Origin: Mobula hypostoma
Taxonomy: Eukaryota
Reading direction: 5' to 3'
Assembly: GCF_963921235.1 (NCBI RefSeq)
Contig: NC_086097.1
Span: 4,092,001-4,156,000, forward strand
Length of the DNA: 64,000 nt
How positions within the stretch are numbered: the first letter of the stretch is position 1; the number at the start of each line of letters is the position of its first letter. This document shows, in pieces, positions 22,411 to 35,689 of the stretch. Both the position numbers and the translations under genes were made by a program. The notes under the pieces were generated by a model. The model was not told where the DNA came from, did not search any database, and saw only the letters and a list, made by a program, of their open reading frames with translations.

Positions 22411-23576
22411 AAGAGAAAATCCAAAAATCTGAGATGCAAAGGGACTTGGGAGTCCTTGTGCAGAACACCCTAAAAGTTGATTTGCGGGTTGAGTCAATGG
22501 TGAGGAAGGTAAATACAATGTTAGTATTCATTCCAAGAGATCTGGAATACAAGAGCAAGGATGTGATGCTGAGGCTTTATAAGGCACTGGTGAGGCCTCA
22601 CCTTGAGTATTGTGAACAGTTTTGGGCTCCTCATCTGAGAAAAGATATGCTGGCATTGGAAAGGGTTCAGAGGAGGTTCACAAGGATGGTTCCAGGAATG
22701 AAAGGGTTATTATACGAGGAATGTTTGTTAGCTCTAGATCTGTACTCACTGGAATTTAGAAGGATGGGGTGGGGTGGGAGGACCTCACTGAAACCTTTCA
22801 AATGTTGAAAGGCCTAGGCCCTAGATAGTGTAGATGTGGAAAGGATGTTTCCCATGGTAGGGGAGTCCAGGACAAGAGGACACAGCCTCAAGATAGAGGA
22901 GAATCCATTTAGAACAGAGATGTAAAGAAGTTTCTTTTGCCAGAAGGTGGTGAATATGTGGAATTTATTATCAAGGGCACCTGTGGAGGCCAGGTTGTTG
23001 GGTGTATTTACAGAAGAGCTTGATAGGTTCTTCATTGGACACATCATCAAAGGTTACAGGGAGAAGTCCGGGGAGTGAGGCTGTGGAGGGGAGAAAAGAA
23101 TCAGCCAGGTCTGGATGGCTGAGCAGACTCAATGAGCTAATTGGTCTAATTCTGCTGCTCTGTCTTATGCTCTTATCCTTTATTGATCCCAAAGGAAATT
23201 ACAGGGTCACAGTAGCATTGTGCACAGATAAACAAATATTCAAATATTAGAAGAGAAGTAAGAAAGAATAAAAAAACAAATTACCTCAAATAGTCTAACA
23301 GGAGGGTGTCATCACTTCCCCGGCTATAGGTTGACTCATTACAGAGCCTAATGGATGAGGGTAAGAATGACCTTGTATTGCACTCTTTGGAACAGCGCAG
23401 TTGTCTTAGTCTGTTACTAAAAAGTGCTCCTCTGATCAGCCCAGGTGTTATGCAGAGAATGTGAATCATTGTCCGGAATTGACACTTGTGAAATCAAAAA
23501 AACATGATCCTCACAGTGCTGGCAGAGCAGACTTGATGGGCCAAATGGCTTAATTTTGCTCCTAAGTTTTATAGTC

Positions 23577-24750
23577 TTATATACAACTCTGATTTATTTT
23601 CTTGTGGGCATTCACAGTAAATAGAAGAAACACAATAGAATCAATGAAAGACTGCACCCAACAGGATGGGCAACAACCAATGTGCAAACAATAACAACAA
23701 ACTATGCAAATACAAAAAGGAAGAGAAGAAAAAAAAGAAGTAATAATAATAATAATTAAATAAGCAATAGTTATCAAGAACATGAGATGAAGAGTCCTTG
23801 CAGGTGAGTCCATAGGTTGTGGGCACAATTCAGTGATGGGGTGAGAGAATTTGAGAGAAGTTATCCCCTCTGGTTCAAGATCCTGATGGTTGAAGGTTAA
23901 TAACTGTTCCTGAACCTGTGGCATAGGTCCCAAGGCTCCTGTACCACCTTCCTTCTTCCTTCTTCATAATGGCACTTACAGTATGTGCTGGATCTAGCAC
24001 AGATCCTTGGAAATAATGACACTGAGGAATTTAAAGTTTCTGGCCCTCTCTACCTCTGATCCTCCAATGAGGACTGGGTCACGGACCTCCAGTTTCCTTC
24101 CCCTGATGTCAATAATCATCTCTTTGGTCTTTCTGATATTGAGTGAAGGTTGTTGCTGTGGATCCATCCAGCTAGATTTTCAATCTTCCTCCTGCAGACG
24201 ATTGGTTACCACTTTTGATTTGGCCCATGACAGTTGACAAACTTAATATTGGCATTGGAGCTGTGCTTAGCCTCACAGTCATAAGCATAAAGTGGATAGA
24301 GCAGCATGCTAAGCACATAACCTTGTGGTGTACTTGTGCTGAGGGAATCTGTGGAGGAGATATTGTTACCGATCTTAACTGGCTGGAGTCTGCGGGTGTG
24401 GAAAATGAGGATCCAGTTGCACAAGAAAGTATTGAGACCTAGGACTAAACCTATTGATTAGCTTTGAGGGGTGATAATTTTGAATACTAAGCTACAGTCA
24501 ATGAAGAGCATCTTGATGTATGCATCTTCGCTCTCCAGATGTTCCATGGTTGAATGAAGTCATATAGTCATAGTCATACTTTATTGATCCCGGGGGAAAT
24601 TGGTTAAAGAGCCAATGAAGTAGCATCTGCATTTTACCTGTTGTGACTGTAGCCAAAATGGACTGGATCCAAATCGCCTCTCAGACAGGAGTTTCATCAC
24701 CAAACTCTCAAAACACTGCATCACTGCGGATGTATGTGCTACTGAACAAT
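23577..24750 (-). mobile_element. Degenerate Rex1/Babar-type LINE fragment(s)
   Basis: CNWIL.F..R.Q.VKIG...[11 protein letters not shown]; a small (TATGAC)n tail insert at ~24560-24606. Confidence 0.7.
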
Positions 24751-24769
24751 AGGTGTCACACTTGAGGCT

Positions 24770-26730
24770 GCGAAACAAGATAAGAGCACATGGTATTACA
24801 GAAAAATACTAGCATGGACAGAAGATTTGCTGATTGGTTGATTGGCAGAAGGCAAAGAATTGGAATAAAGGGGACCTTTTCTGGTTGGCTAGTAGTGTTC
24901 TTTGGGGGTAGGTGTTGCGTCCACTAATTTTCACATTATATTTTAATGATATGGATGATGGAATTGATGGGTTTGTGGCCAGGTTTGCAGATGATACAAA
25001 GACAGGTGAAGAGGCAGGTAAATTTGAGGAAGGGCTTGAACATATCAGAAGAATGAGTTAAAGAGGTAATAGATGGAATTCAGTCTAGGCAAGTGTATGG
25101 TCATGCAGTTTAGTAGAAGGATAAAGACATAGACTATTTTCTAAATGGGGGAGAAAACTGAAAATTCAGAGCTGCAAAGGGACTTGGGAGTCCTGGTGCA
25201 GGATTTCCTAAAGGTTAACTTGTAGGGTGAATCAGTAGGAAGGAAGGCATATGCAATGTTAGCATTTGTTCTGAGAGGACAAGAATATAAAAGCAAGGAT
25301 GCAATGCTGAGGCTTTATAAGGCTTTGGCCAGACTGTATTTTGGATATTTTGAGCAGTTTTAGACCTCGCATCGAAGAAAAATGTGCTGGCATTGGAGAA
25401 AGTGTAGACGATTGTCAAAGATTGCAGAGAAACATTGATAGGATGCAGAAGTGGGCTGAGAAGTGGCAGATGGAGTTCAACCCGGAGAAGTGTGAGTTGG
25501 TACACTTTGGAAGGACAAACTCCAAGGCAGAGTACAAAGTAAATGGCAGGATACTTGGTAGTGTGGAGGAGCAGAGGGATCTGGGGGTACACGTCCACAG
25601 ATCCCTGAAAGTTGCCTCACAGGTGGATAGGGTAGTTAAGAAAGCTTATGGTGTGTTAGCTTTCATAAGTTGAGGGATAGAGTTTAAGAGTTGCGATGTA
25701 ATGACGCAGCTCTATAAAACTCTGGTTAGGCCACACTTGGAGTACTATGTCCAGTTCTGGTCGCCTCACTATAGAAAGGATGTGGAAGCATTGGAAAGGG
25801 TACAGAGAAGATTTACCAGGATGCTGCCTGGTTTCGAGAATATGCATTATGATCAGAGATTAAGGGAGCTAGGGCTTTACTCTTTGGAGAGAAGGAGGGT
25901 GAGAGGAGACATGATAGAGGTGTACAAGATAATAAGAGGAATAGGTAGAGTGGATAGCCAGCGCCTCTTCCCCAGGGCACCACTGCTCAATACAAGAGGA
26001 CATGGCTTTAAGGTGAGGGATGGGAAGTTCAAGGGGGATATTAGTGGACGGTTTTTTACTCAGAGAGCGGTTGGTGCGTGGAATGCACTGCCTGAGTCAG
26101 TGGTGGAGGCAGATACACTAGTGAAGTTTAAGAGACTACTGGACAGGTATATCGTGAAATTTAAGTTGGGGGCTTATATGGGAGGCAGGGTTTAAGGGTC
26201 GGCACAACATTGTGGGCCGAAGGGCCTGTACTGTGTTGTACTATTCCATGTTCTATGTTCTATGTTCTATGATCCAAAGGATATTCACAAGAGTGACCCC
26301 GAGAATTAAAGGATTAATGCGTGAGGAGCTTTTGATGGCTCTGGTTCTGTATTGACTGGAGTTTAGATGAAGTGGGGGGGGGAGACCTTATTGAAACCTA
26401 TCAAATATTGAAAGGCTTAGGTAGAGTGGATTTGGAGAGAATATTTCCTACAGTGGAAGAGTCTAGGAACAGAGAAATAGCCTCAGAATTGATGTGCATC
26501 CCTTTAGAACAGAGATGAGGAGAGATTTCTTTCGCAAGAGAGTGGTTAATTACACGTGATTAACCAGAAATGAATTCATTGCCATCGACAGCTGTAGAGG
26601 CCAAATCATTGGGTGTATTTAAAGTGGGCATTGATAGGTTCTTGGTTAGTCAGGGCATCAAAGGTCATGGGGAGAAGGCAGGAAAATGGGGTTGAGAGAG
26701 ATAATGAATCAGCCTTGATCAAATCGCGGA
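24770..26730 (+). mobile_element. CR1 3' part containing a younger CR1 3' fragment (~25400-26270)
   Basis: Inner ORFs 25341-25673 and 25701-26195 with (TTCTATG)n tail; the outer element resumes at ~26271. Confidence 0.85.
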
Positions 26731-28370
26731 GCTTTATAAACATAGAGCAACATAACATAAGATATAATAAGGTGGAATAGGCAGAATGAAATGGCATCCT
26801 TGCAAGTGGAAGGGAGGGGCAATTATTGTTAAATTAGCTCTGGAAATCTGTGGGATTACAGTGGAAGTTTGTGGATACTCTATCCCTGAGTTGAATACAC
26901 AGTGAACCAGAAAGGGAAAAGAAGGATCTGAAATGGAACACAGAAAGGTGAGTGCAGGGTGGAAGTTTGTTAGTTCGGCATGAAGCAGCACCAATGCACT
27001 TTGATGTACTGGGAGGACAAATTTCTGTGAAGCTTGTTATGACAGGAACAAAGACTGTTTTGTGTTTTACCCTCTTTTCATGGTAGAGATCACAAATGAC
27101 TTTTTAGAAGTGTTTGGAAGAATAAAATGAAGAATTGAAAATAATCGGTAGTAATATAAAAATGCTGGAGAAATTAATGTCACAGAAAACTAAGAAATCC
27201 CTAGTGCCTGCTGAGCTGCATCTCAGAATACTATGAGAGGTACTGTAGCTATGGAAATAAAGGATACCTCCAACATTTTATAGTAATGGAGCAGTCTTTG
27301 AAGGTTGGTGGCAAATGATTTGAAAAGGAGCGAAGGGGAAAAGTAGGAACTGCAGAATTCAACCCTTACATTAATGAGAGGAAAATGCTTAGAGTCCATT
27401 CTAAAGGAAGGGATTATAGGATATTTAGAAAATATAATTGCGATTACATAAAGTGGACATAACTTTATGAAAGAGAAATCATAGTTGATAAATGGAAATA
27501 TTGAAGATGTAACTGGTGGTATAGATAAGGGAGAACCAGTATGCTTGGATTTTCAGATGTCCTTTATATACTAAATGATCCCTGGCCCAGGCAGTTGTCC
27601 CCACAAGCTTCAAGATCGTCACCATCACACCAGTGCCGAAGCATTCCACTGCCACGGGCCTGAATGACTTCCATCCAGTTGTACTCACCCCCATCGTTGC
27701 AAAGTGCTTTGAGAGAATGGTTCTATCACATCTGAAATTCTGACTGCCCACTACCCTGGACCCCCATCAATTTGCCTATTGCACCAACAGGTCAACAGAG
27801 GAAGCCATCTCCACGGCACTTCACTCTGCCCTGATCCACCTGGACAGCCCCAACTCTTACGTCAGAATGCTGTTCATTGACTTTAGTTCGGCATTCAATA
27901 CTGTGATCCCCTCCAAGCTGATTGCCAAACTTCGCCAGCTTGGTATCAGTTCATCCCTCTGCAATTGGACCTTGGACTTTCTGACTAACAGACCCCAATC
28001 AGTTACATTAGACAACCTCTCCTCCTCCACTCTCACCCTGAACACCGGCGTGCCTCAAGGCTGTGTGCTGAGCCCTCTTCTGTACTCCCTTTGCACCTAT
28101 GACTGCGTTCCTGTACATGGTTCTAACTCCATAATCAAGTTCGCAGATGACACCACGGTGGTTGGCCTGATCAACGGGGATGATGAGACGGCCTACAGGG
28201 ACGAGGTCCAGCACCTGGCCACGTGGTGTGCTGACAACAACCTGGCCCTTAACGCCCAGAAGACCAAGGAGATCGTTGTGGACTTCAGGCATGCTAGGAG
28301 CCACACTCATGTCTCCATCTACATCAACTGAGCTGTAGTGGAGCATGTATCAAGCTTCAAATTCCTTGGT

Positions 28371-31300
28371 AAACAACAGGAATTCTGCAGATGCTGGAAA
28401 TTCAAGCAACATACATCAAAGTTGCTGGTGAACGCAGCAGGCCAAGCAGCATCTATAGGAAGAGGCGCAGTCGACGTTTCAGGCCGAGACCCTTCGTCAG
28501 GACTAACTGAAGGAAGAGTGAGTAAGGGATTTGAAAGCTGGAGGGGGAGGGGGAGATGCAAAATGATAGGAGAAGACAGGAGGGGGAGGGATAGAGCCGA
28601 GAGCTGGACAGGTGATAGGCAAAAGGGGATACGAGAGGATCATGGGACAGGAGGCCTAGGGAGAAAGACGGGGGGGGGGGGTTGACCCAGAGGATGGGCA
28701 AGAGGTATATTCAGAGGGACAGAGGGAGAAAAAGGAGAGTGAGAGAAAGAATGTGTGCATAAAAATGAGTAACAGCTGGGGTACGAGGGGGAGGTGGGGC
28801 CTAGCGGAAGTTAGAGAAGTCAATGTTCATGCCATCAGGTTGGAGGCTACCCAGACGGAATATAAGGTGTTGTTCCTCCAACCTGAGTGTGGCCTCATCT
28901 TTACAGTAGAGGAGGCCGTGGATAGACATGTCAGAATGGGAATGGGATGTGGAATTAAAATGTGTGGCCACTGGGAGATCCTGCTTTCTCTGGCGGACAG
29001 AGCGTAGATGTTCAGCAAAGCGGTCTCCCAGTCTGCGTCGGGTCTCACCAATATATAAAAGGCCACATCGGGAGCACCGGACGCAGTATATCACCCCAGT
29101 CGACTCACAGGTGAAGTGATGCCTCACCTGGAAGGACTGTTTGGGGCCCTGAATGGTGGTGAGGGAGGAAGTGTAAGGGCATGTGTAGCACTTGTTCCGC
29201 TTACACGGATAAGTGCCAGGAGGGAGATCAGTGGGGAGGGATGGGGGGGACGAATGGACAAGGGAGTTGTGTAGGGAGCGATCCCTGCGGAATGCAGAGA
29301 GAGGGGGGGAGGGAAAGATGTGCTTAGTGGTGGGATCCCGTTGGAGGTGGCGGAAGTTACGGAGAATAATATGTTGGACCCGGAGGCTGGTGGGGTGGTA
29401 GGTGAGGACCAGGGGAACCCTATTCCTAGTGGGGTGGTGGGAGGATGGAGTGAGAGCAGATGTACGTGAAATGGAGGAGATGCGTTTAAGAGCAGAGTTG
29501 ATAGTGGAGGAAGGGAAGCCCCTTTCTTTAAAAAATGAAGACATCTCCCTCGTCCTAGAATGAAAAGCCTCATCCTGAGAGCAGATGCGGCGGAGACGGA
29601 GGAATTGCGAGAAGGGGATGGCGTTTTTGCAAGAGACAGGGTGAGAAGAGGAATAGTCCAGATAGCTGTGAGAGTCAGTAGGCTTATAGTAGATATCAGT
29701 GGATAAGCTGTCTCCAGAGACAGAGACAGAAAGATCTAGAAAGGGGAGGGAGGTGTCGGAAATAGACCAGGTAAACTTGAGGGCAGGGTGAAAGTTGGAG
29801 GCAAAGTTAATAAAGTCAACGAGTTCTGCATGCGTGCAGGAAGCAGCGCCAATGCAGTCGTCGATATAGCGAAGGAAAAGTGGGGGACAGATACCAGAAT
29901 AGGCACGGAACATAGATTGTTCCACAAACCCAACAAAAAGGCAGGCATAGCTAGGACCCATACGGGTGCCCATAGCTACACCTTTAGTTTGGAGGAAATG
30001 GGAGGAGCAAAAGGAGAAATTATTAAGAGTAAGGACTAATTCCACTAGACGGAGCAGAGTGGTGGTAGAGGGGAACTGATTAGGTCTGGAATCCAAAAAG
30101 AAGCGTAGAGCTTTGAGACCTTCCTGATGGGGGATGGAAGTATATAAGGACTGGATATCCATGGTGAAAATAAAGCGGTGGGGGCCAGGGAACTTAAAAT
30201 CATCGAAAAGTTTAAGAGCGTGAGAAGTGTCACGAACATAGGTCGGAAGGGATTGAACAAGGGGTGATAAAACAGTGTCGAGGTATGCAGAAACGAGTTT
30301 GGTGGGCAGGAGCAAGCTGAGACAATAGGTCGGCCAGGACAGGCAGGTTTGTGGATCTTGGGTAGGAGGTAGAAACGGGAAGTGCGGGGTGTGGGAACTA
30401 TAAGGTTGGTAGCAGTGGATGGGAGATCCCCTGAGCGGATAAAGTCATTGATAGTGTGGGAGACAATGGCCTGGTGCTCCTTAGTGGGGTCACGATCGAG
30501 GGGTAAATAAGAGGAGGTATCCGCGAGTTGTCGCTGTGCCTCGGCAAGGTAGAGGTCAGTACGCCAGACTACAACAGCACCCCCTTTATCAGCGGGTTTA
30601 ATAATAATGTTAGGATTAGTGCGGAGGGAGTGGAGAGCAGAGCGTTCCGAAGGAGTGAGGTTGGAATGGGAACAAGGTGCGGTGAAGTCGAGACGGTTGA
30701 TGTCCCGTCGGCAGTTAGCAATAAAGAGATCCAGAGCAGGCAGAAGACCAGAGCGGGGTGTCCATGAAGAAGAGGAGGGTTGAAGATGGGAGAAGGGGTC
30801 ATCGGTGGGGGTGGAAGAGTCCTTGCCGAAGAAGTAGGCTCGGAGACGGAGACGGCGGAAGAAAAGTTCCACATCGTGGCGAACACGGAACTCGCTGAGG
30901 TGTGGGCGAAGGGGGACAAAGGTGAGGCCCTTACTGAGGACAGAGCGTTCTGCCTCCGACAGTTGAAGGTCGGAGGGGATGGTAAAGACCCGGCACGGAT
31001 GAGAGCTGGGATCAGAGGGGGGAGGGGGGAGGCTGGGGGTGTCAATGGAGAGGGGAGGGTTGGGGTGAGAGGAAGATGGAGCCTCTGAGGACCCAGGAGT
31101 TGACGGTGGGATCTGAGGAAGATGGGGCTGCGGAGTGGTGGTGGGGGAAGGGGAGACGGGAGTCACAACAGCAGCACATAAAGACCCGGCCTGGAGTTCA
31201 AGGCTGGAGTCGCAGTTGGTGGTTGTGCAATCACTTCGAATGTGTCCATGGTCGTTGCTGGAGTCCGGGTTTTGAATATGTCCTGAGGTGTTGGAGCCGC

Positions 31301-31371
31301 CGAGATCAATGGCAGGCGCCGCAATTGAAAGTTCATGCCTGCTAGCGTCGGGGCCGGCAGGCTCTGGACAC
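28371..31371 (-). mobile_element. Penelope-like element (RT + GIY-YIG endonuclease), 5'-truncated, one frameshift
   Basis: ORFs 30045-31166 and 28801-30315: KPADKG, GVAMG, RYIDD, VIYC..C..C...YIGET.R.L..RF.EH. 13-bp TSD CAAATTCCTTGGT at 28358-28370 and 31372-31384. Confidence 0.95.
28468..28509 (-). ncRNA. Minimal hammerhead ribozyme motif in the Penelope terminal repeat
   Basis: Minus strand reads AGTC-CTGACGA-AGGGTCTCGGCCT-GAAAC-GTC-GACT: CUGANGA/GAAA core, stem II, palindromic stem III, GUC site, stem I AGTC/GACT. Confidence 0.7.
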
Positions 31372-33087
31372 CAAATTCCTTGGTGTCCACATTTCCGAGG
31401 ATCTCACCTGGTCCCCGAACTCCTCCATCCTGATCAAAAAGGCGCAACAGCGCCTTTATTTCCTGCGGAGCATCAAGAAAGCTCACCTCTGTCCTAGGAT
31501 ACTGATGGACTTTTACCGCTGTACCATTGAAAGCATGCTCACCAACTGCATCTCAATGTGGTATGGCAATTGTCCTGTATCAGATTGCAAAGCACTCCAG
31601 CGTGTGGTGAAAACTGCCCAGCGGATTATTGGCACCCAATTGCCCACCATTGTGAACATCTACCATAAACGCTGCCTGGGCAGGGCGAAAAGCATTATCA
31701 AGGATGCATCTCACCCTAACCATGGACTTTTTACTCTCCTCCCATCCGGTAGGCGCTGCAGGAGCCTCTGCTCCCGCATCAGCAGGCTCAAGATGAGCTT
31801 CTTCCCTGAGGCTGTGACCCTCCTGAACCTCACATCACAGCACTAAGCAGTATTGCACCCATATTGTACTGTCTCAGTACTTTTATATTTGTGTGCTGTA
31901 GCACTTACTTTTTATTTGCAGTTATTCTGTAAATAACACTATTCTTTGCACTTCTGGTTAGATGCTAACTTCACTTCATTAGCTTTGTTTCTGTATTCAG
32001 CACAATGACAATAAAGTTGAATCTAATCTAATCTAATAGGAGCTCAGGGTACCAAGCTAAAACTCCTGAGATCGGGGCTAGTATGCTGACATGAACTGTT
32101 ACAAAGTAGAAATAAATAGATGTTTTTCTGGATAGTAGACAGTGACCATCGAGAGTGCCTGATCGGCTGCATCACCGCCTGTTACGGGAATTGCAAGGCA
32201 TCTGACTGCAAGTTCCTATAAAGGATTGGGATAATTGCTGAAGGAATCATTGGAGTCCCTCTTTCAACCATCAGAGATATTTATCAGGAGCACTGTGTAT
32301 GCAGGGCCTTGGCATTGTTGATTCCTCCCATCCATAAAACAATTTATTTGACCCCCTGTCATCAGGCAGGAGGTACCGTAGCATTGGGACAAGAACTGTT
32401 AGGATGGGAAACAGCTTCTTCATTTAGGCTGCCAGACTATTGAACTCCCTGCCACCAGTTATCACATATGAGGCACCAGTAGTATTATACTGTTTACTTT
32501 TTAACTTGTGTTGTAAATTCACCTTATTATTTGTTAATCTATTTGTGGTAATATCTTCTTTATGGGTTGTGTGTGAGTTATATTTACTGTGTTGTGCACC
32601 TTGGTCTGAAGGAACATTGTTTCATTTGGTAGTACAGTTGAAAGACAATAAACGTGAGCTTGCATACTACAGGGATCGTAGCTACTCATAATAAAGATAA
32701 ACAATTTGGTTACTGTGGTGTTTGCTGATGACACAGAATGAGGGAAGTTTGTGAGAATGATGTAAACAGGCTTCAAGGTAATTCAAACTCTTTGAATGAA
32801 TGGGTAAATATTTGGCAGATGTAGTGTGGTGTAAAGTTATCCGTATGGACAGCAAAACCTAAGGTAATGTACTATTTAAATTCTGAAAGCTTTGGAAATG
32901 CTGCTGTACAAAGGAACTTGTACCCATTCACTGAAAGCAAATGTGCACGCAGTTCGGAAGGGAATGGTGAGAGTACATCTTGAATAATATGTACCTTTTT
33001 TGTCTTCCTACCAAACAATTCAAATCAAGATCATTTAATGTAATTTCCTGTCGAAATGTCATGTCATTTCAAACTAATCCCTTGAAC

Positions 33088-33575
33088 ATGAAGTCTAACA
33101 GGAGGCGGATCAAATGGCCTGCAGCTATCATGACTTCACTGTGGAAGCAGTTTGATGAAGATGTTAACCAAATTCTGGAGGCAAAGGCAAAGGGAAGGGT
33201 TGATAGGAAGCTGCAAGCCATGACAACAATTATTGTTGGTATCGCAGCTGCCCAGTGGAGGTTGGTTGTAGGGGATTCATAGCCCGTTCTTTAGTTAGAG
33301 CCTTCAGCAATTTGGGCATTGAGGGAGAGAGGAAGAGGAGAGCCATCCGCAGTACCACCGAAACGGCAGAGAGGGCCTCAAGATGGCTGTGGCTCAAAAG
33401 AGGGGAGCCATGGAGTCATAAGTAGCCAGCCATCTGGACACAAGCTGGGGTCTGATCAGCCCCGGCTGGGTCACCTGGAGGAGGTTGTATGATGTTGAAA
33501 GACCCGAAACACCCAATGATTCGAGGAAGAACATCACTGAAGATGTGTCCAGAGGCATCAATAGATGTATGTACA
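33088..33575 (+). mobile_element. Internally deleted HERO-like (R2/NeSL group, restriction-like endonuclease) retrotransposon
   Basis: RRIKWPAA...W.QFDEDV..ILE joined at ~33250 to PVEVGCRGF...LGIEGERKRRAI...AERASRWLWLKR plus 3' UTR. Confidence 0.7.
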
Positions 33576-34944
33576 CAGTCTGTATACAAGTGTAAAGGAG
33601 AACAAAATAATTGTTACTCCAGATCTAATGCAGCACAATAAATTCACAAAAGATAAAAATGCATTAATAGTAAATACATAAGATAGCTTAAATACCTAGA
33701 ATAATTGAGGACCTCCAGCACCCAGGGCATGCCCTTTTCTCACTGTTACCATCAGGTAGGAGATACAGAAGCCTGAAGACACACACTCAGTGATTCAGCA
33801 ACAGCTTTTTCCCCTCTGCCATCCCATTCCTAAATGGACATTGAACCCGTGAACACTACCTCAGTTTTTAAAATATATATTATTTCTGTTTTTTTTGCAC
33901 GATTTTTAATCTATACAATATATGTATACTGTAGTTTATTTATATAATATTATTTTCTTCTTCTATATTATGTATTGCATTGAACTGCTGCTGCTACGTT
34001 AACAAATTTCACGACACATGCCGGTGATAGTAAACCTGATTCTGATTCTAATTGTATGTCCATACAATTCGATGCTAGGCTGTACATAAGGTAACTGATG
34101 GGAAATAATAAAGTTGTGGTGGAGTTAGTGGGTGGAGGTGTTGATCAGCCTTACTGCTTGGGAAAAGTAACTATACTATTTTTGAGTCCGGTGATCTTGG
34201 TATGGATGTTATACAACCTCCTCCCTGATGGCAGTGAGAAAAACAGTCCATGAGGACAGTGGGTGGGATCCTTCATGATGTTACATAGAAACGTAGAAAA
34301 CCTACAGTACAATACAGGCCCTTCGGCCCACAAAGCTGTGCCTACCTTAGAACTACTCAGGCTTTACCCATAGCTCTCTATTTATCTAAGCTCCGTGTAG
34401 CCATCCAGGAGTCTTTTAAAAGACCCCATCGTTTCTGCCTCCACCATCGCCGCCGGTAGCCCATTCCACACACTCATCACTCTCTGCGTAAAAAACTTGC
34501 CCCTGAAATCTCCTCTCTACCTACTTCCAAGCACCTTAAAACTATACCTTCTTGTGCTAGCCATTTCAGCCCTAGGGAAAAGCTTCTGATTACCCACACA
34601 ATCAATGCCTCTCATTATCTTGTATAACTATCAGGTCACCTCTCATTCTCGGTCGCTCCAAGGAGAAAAGGCCAAGTTCACTCAACCTGTTCTCATAAGG
34701 TATGCTCCCCAATCCAGGCAACATCCTTGTAAATCTCCTCTGCACCCTTTCTATGGTTTCCACGTCCTTCCTGTAGTGAGGCGACCAGAATTGAGCACAG
34801 TACTCAAGTGGGGTCTGAACAGGGTCCTATATAGCTGCAACATTACCTCTCGGCTTGTAAACTCAATCCCACGATGATGAAGGCCAATGCACCATATGCC
34901 TTCTTAACCACAGAGTCAACCTGCACAGCAGCTTTTAGTGTCCA

Positions 34945-35065
34945 CAGCACAAAATAATCTGCAGATAATCAGTCCTGACGAAGGGTTCCAGCCCGAAACA
35001 TCAACCGATCCTTTTCCACGGATGCTGCCCGACCTGCTGAGTTCCTCCAGCATGTTGTGAGTGTA
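34945..35065 (+). mobile_element. Short Penelope terminal-repeat fragment of a second family
   Basis: AGTCCTGACGAAGGGTTCCAGCCCGAAAC..., flanked by duplicated (C/T)AGCTTTTAGTGTCC inside a CR1. Confidence 0.7.
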
Positions 35066-35195
35066 GCTTTTAGTGTCCTATGGACTCGAACCCCAAGATC
35101 CATCTACGGCTCTACCTTCATCAATGTGTTTAGTCACATCCTCAAAAAATTCAATCAGACCTTTGACAAAGCCATGCTGACTACTCCGAATCATA

Positions 35196-35507
35196 TTATA
35201 AATAGGCATCCATTAGTCTCGTGAGACCATGGATTTGCGCCTTGGAAGGTTTCCAGGGCGCAGGCCTGGGCAAGGTTGTATGGAAGACTGGCAATTGCCC
35301 ATGCTGCAAGTCTCCCCTCTCCACACCACCGATGTTGTCCAAGGGATGGGCACTAGGGCCAATACAGCTCGGCACCAGTGCCATCGCAGAGCAATGTGTG
35401 GTTAAGTGCCTTGCTCAAGGACACAACACGCTGCCTCAGCTGAAGCTCGAACTAGTGACCTTCAGTTCACTAGATCGACGCCTTAACTACTGGACCATGC
35501 GCCATCA
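35196..35507 (-). mobile_element. tRNA-derived SINE (CORE-like central domain)
   Basis: Reverse-complement copy of 38197-38506. Confidence 0.85.
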
Positions 35508-35689
35508 GTAATTATATCTCTCCAAATGTTCATAAATCCTGCCCCTCAGGAACTTCTCCATCAACTTACCCAACACTGAAGTAAGACTCACTGGCCTATA
35601 ATTTCTTGGGCTATCCCTACTCCCTTTCTTGAATAAGGGAACAACATCAGCAACCCTCCAATCCTTTGGAACCTCTCCCGGCCTCATTG

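Larger units (their letters stand above)
14215..23175 (+). mobile_element. Outer 5'-truncated CR1 in three pieces (14215-14475, 17879-17954, 22411-23175)
   Basis: Pieces are collinear RT sequence interrupted by the 14476-17878 CR1 and by the LTR element. Confidence 0.8.
27575..32037 (+). mobile_element. 5'-truncated Rex1/Babar LINE split by the Penelope element
   Basis: [26 protein letters not shown]; resumes 31385 with FYRCTIES..., ends in a (TAATC)n tail. Confidence 0.9.
34283..35640 (-). mobile_element. CR1 fragments with internal deletions and nested inserts
   Basis: CATAGAAA tail at ~34284; VVPLFKKGSRDSPRNYRPVSLTS at ~35510-35680. Confidence 0.75.
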
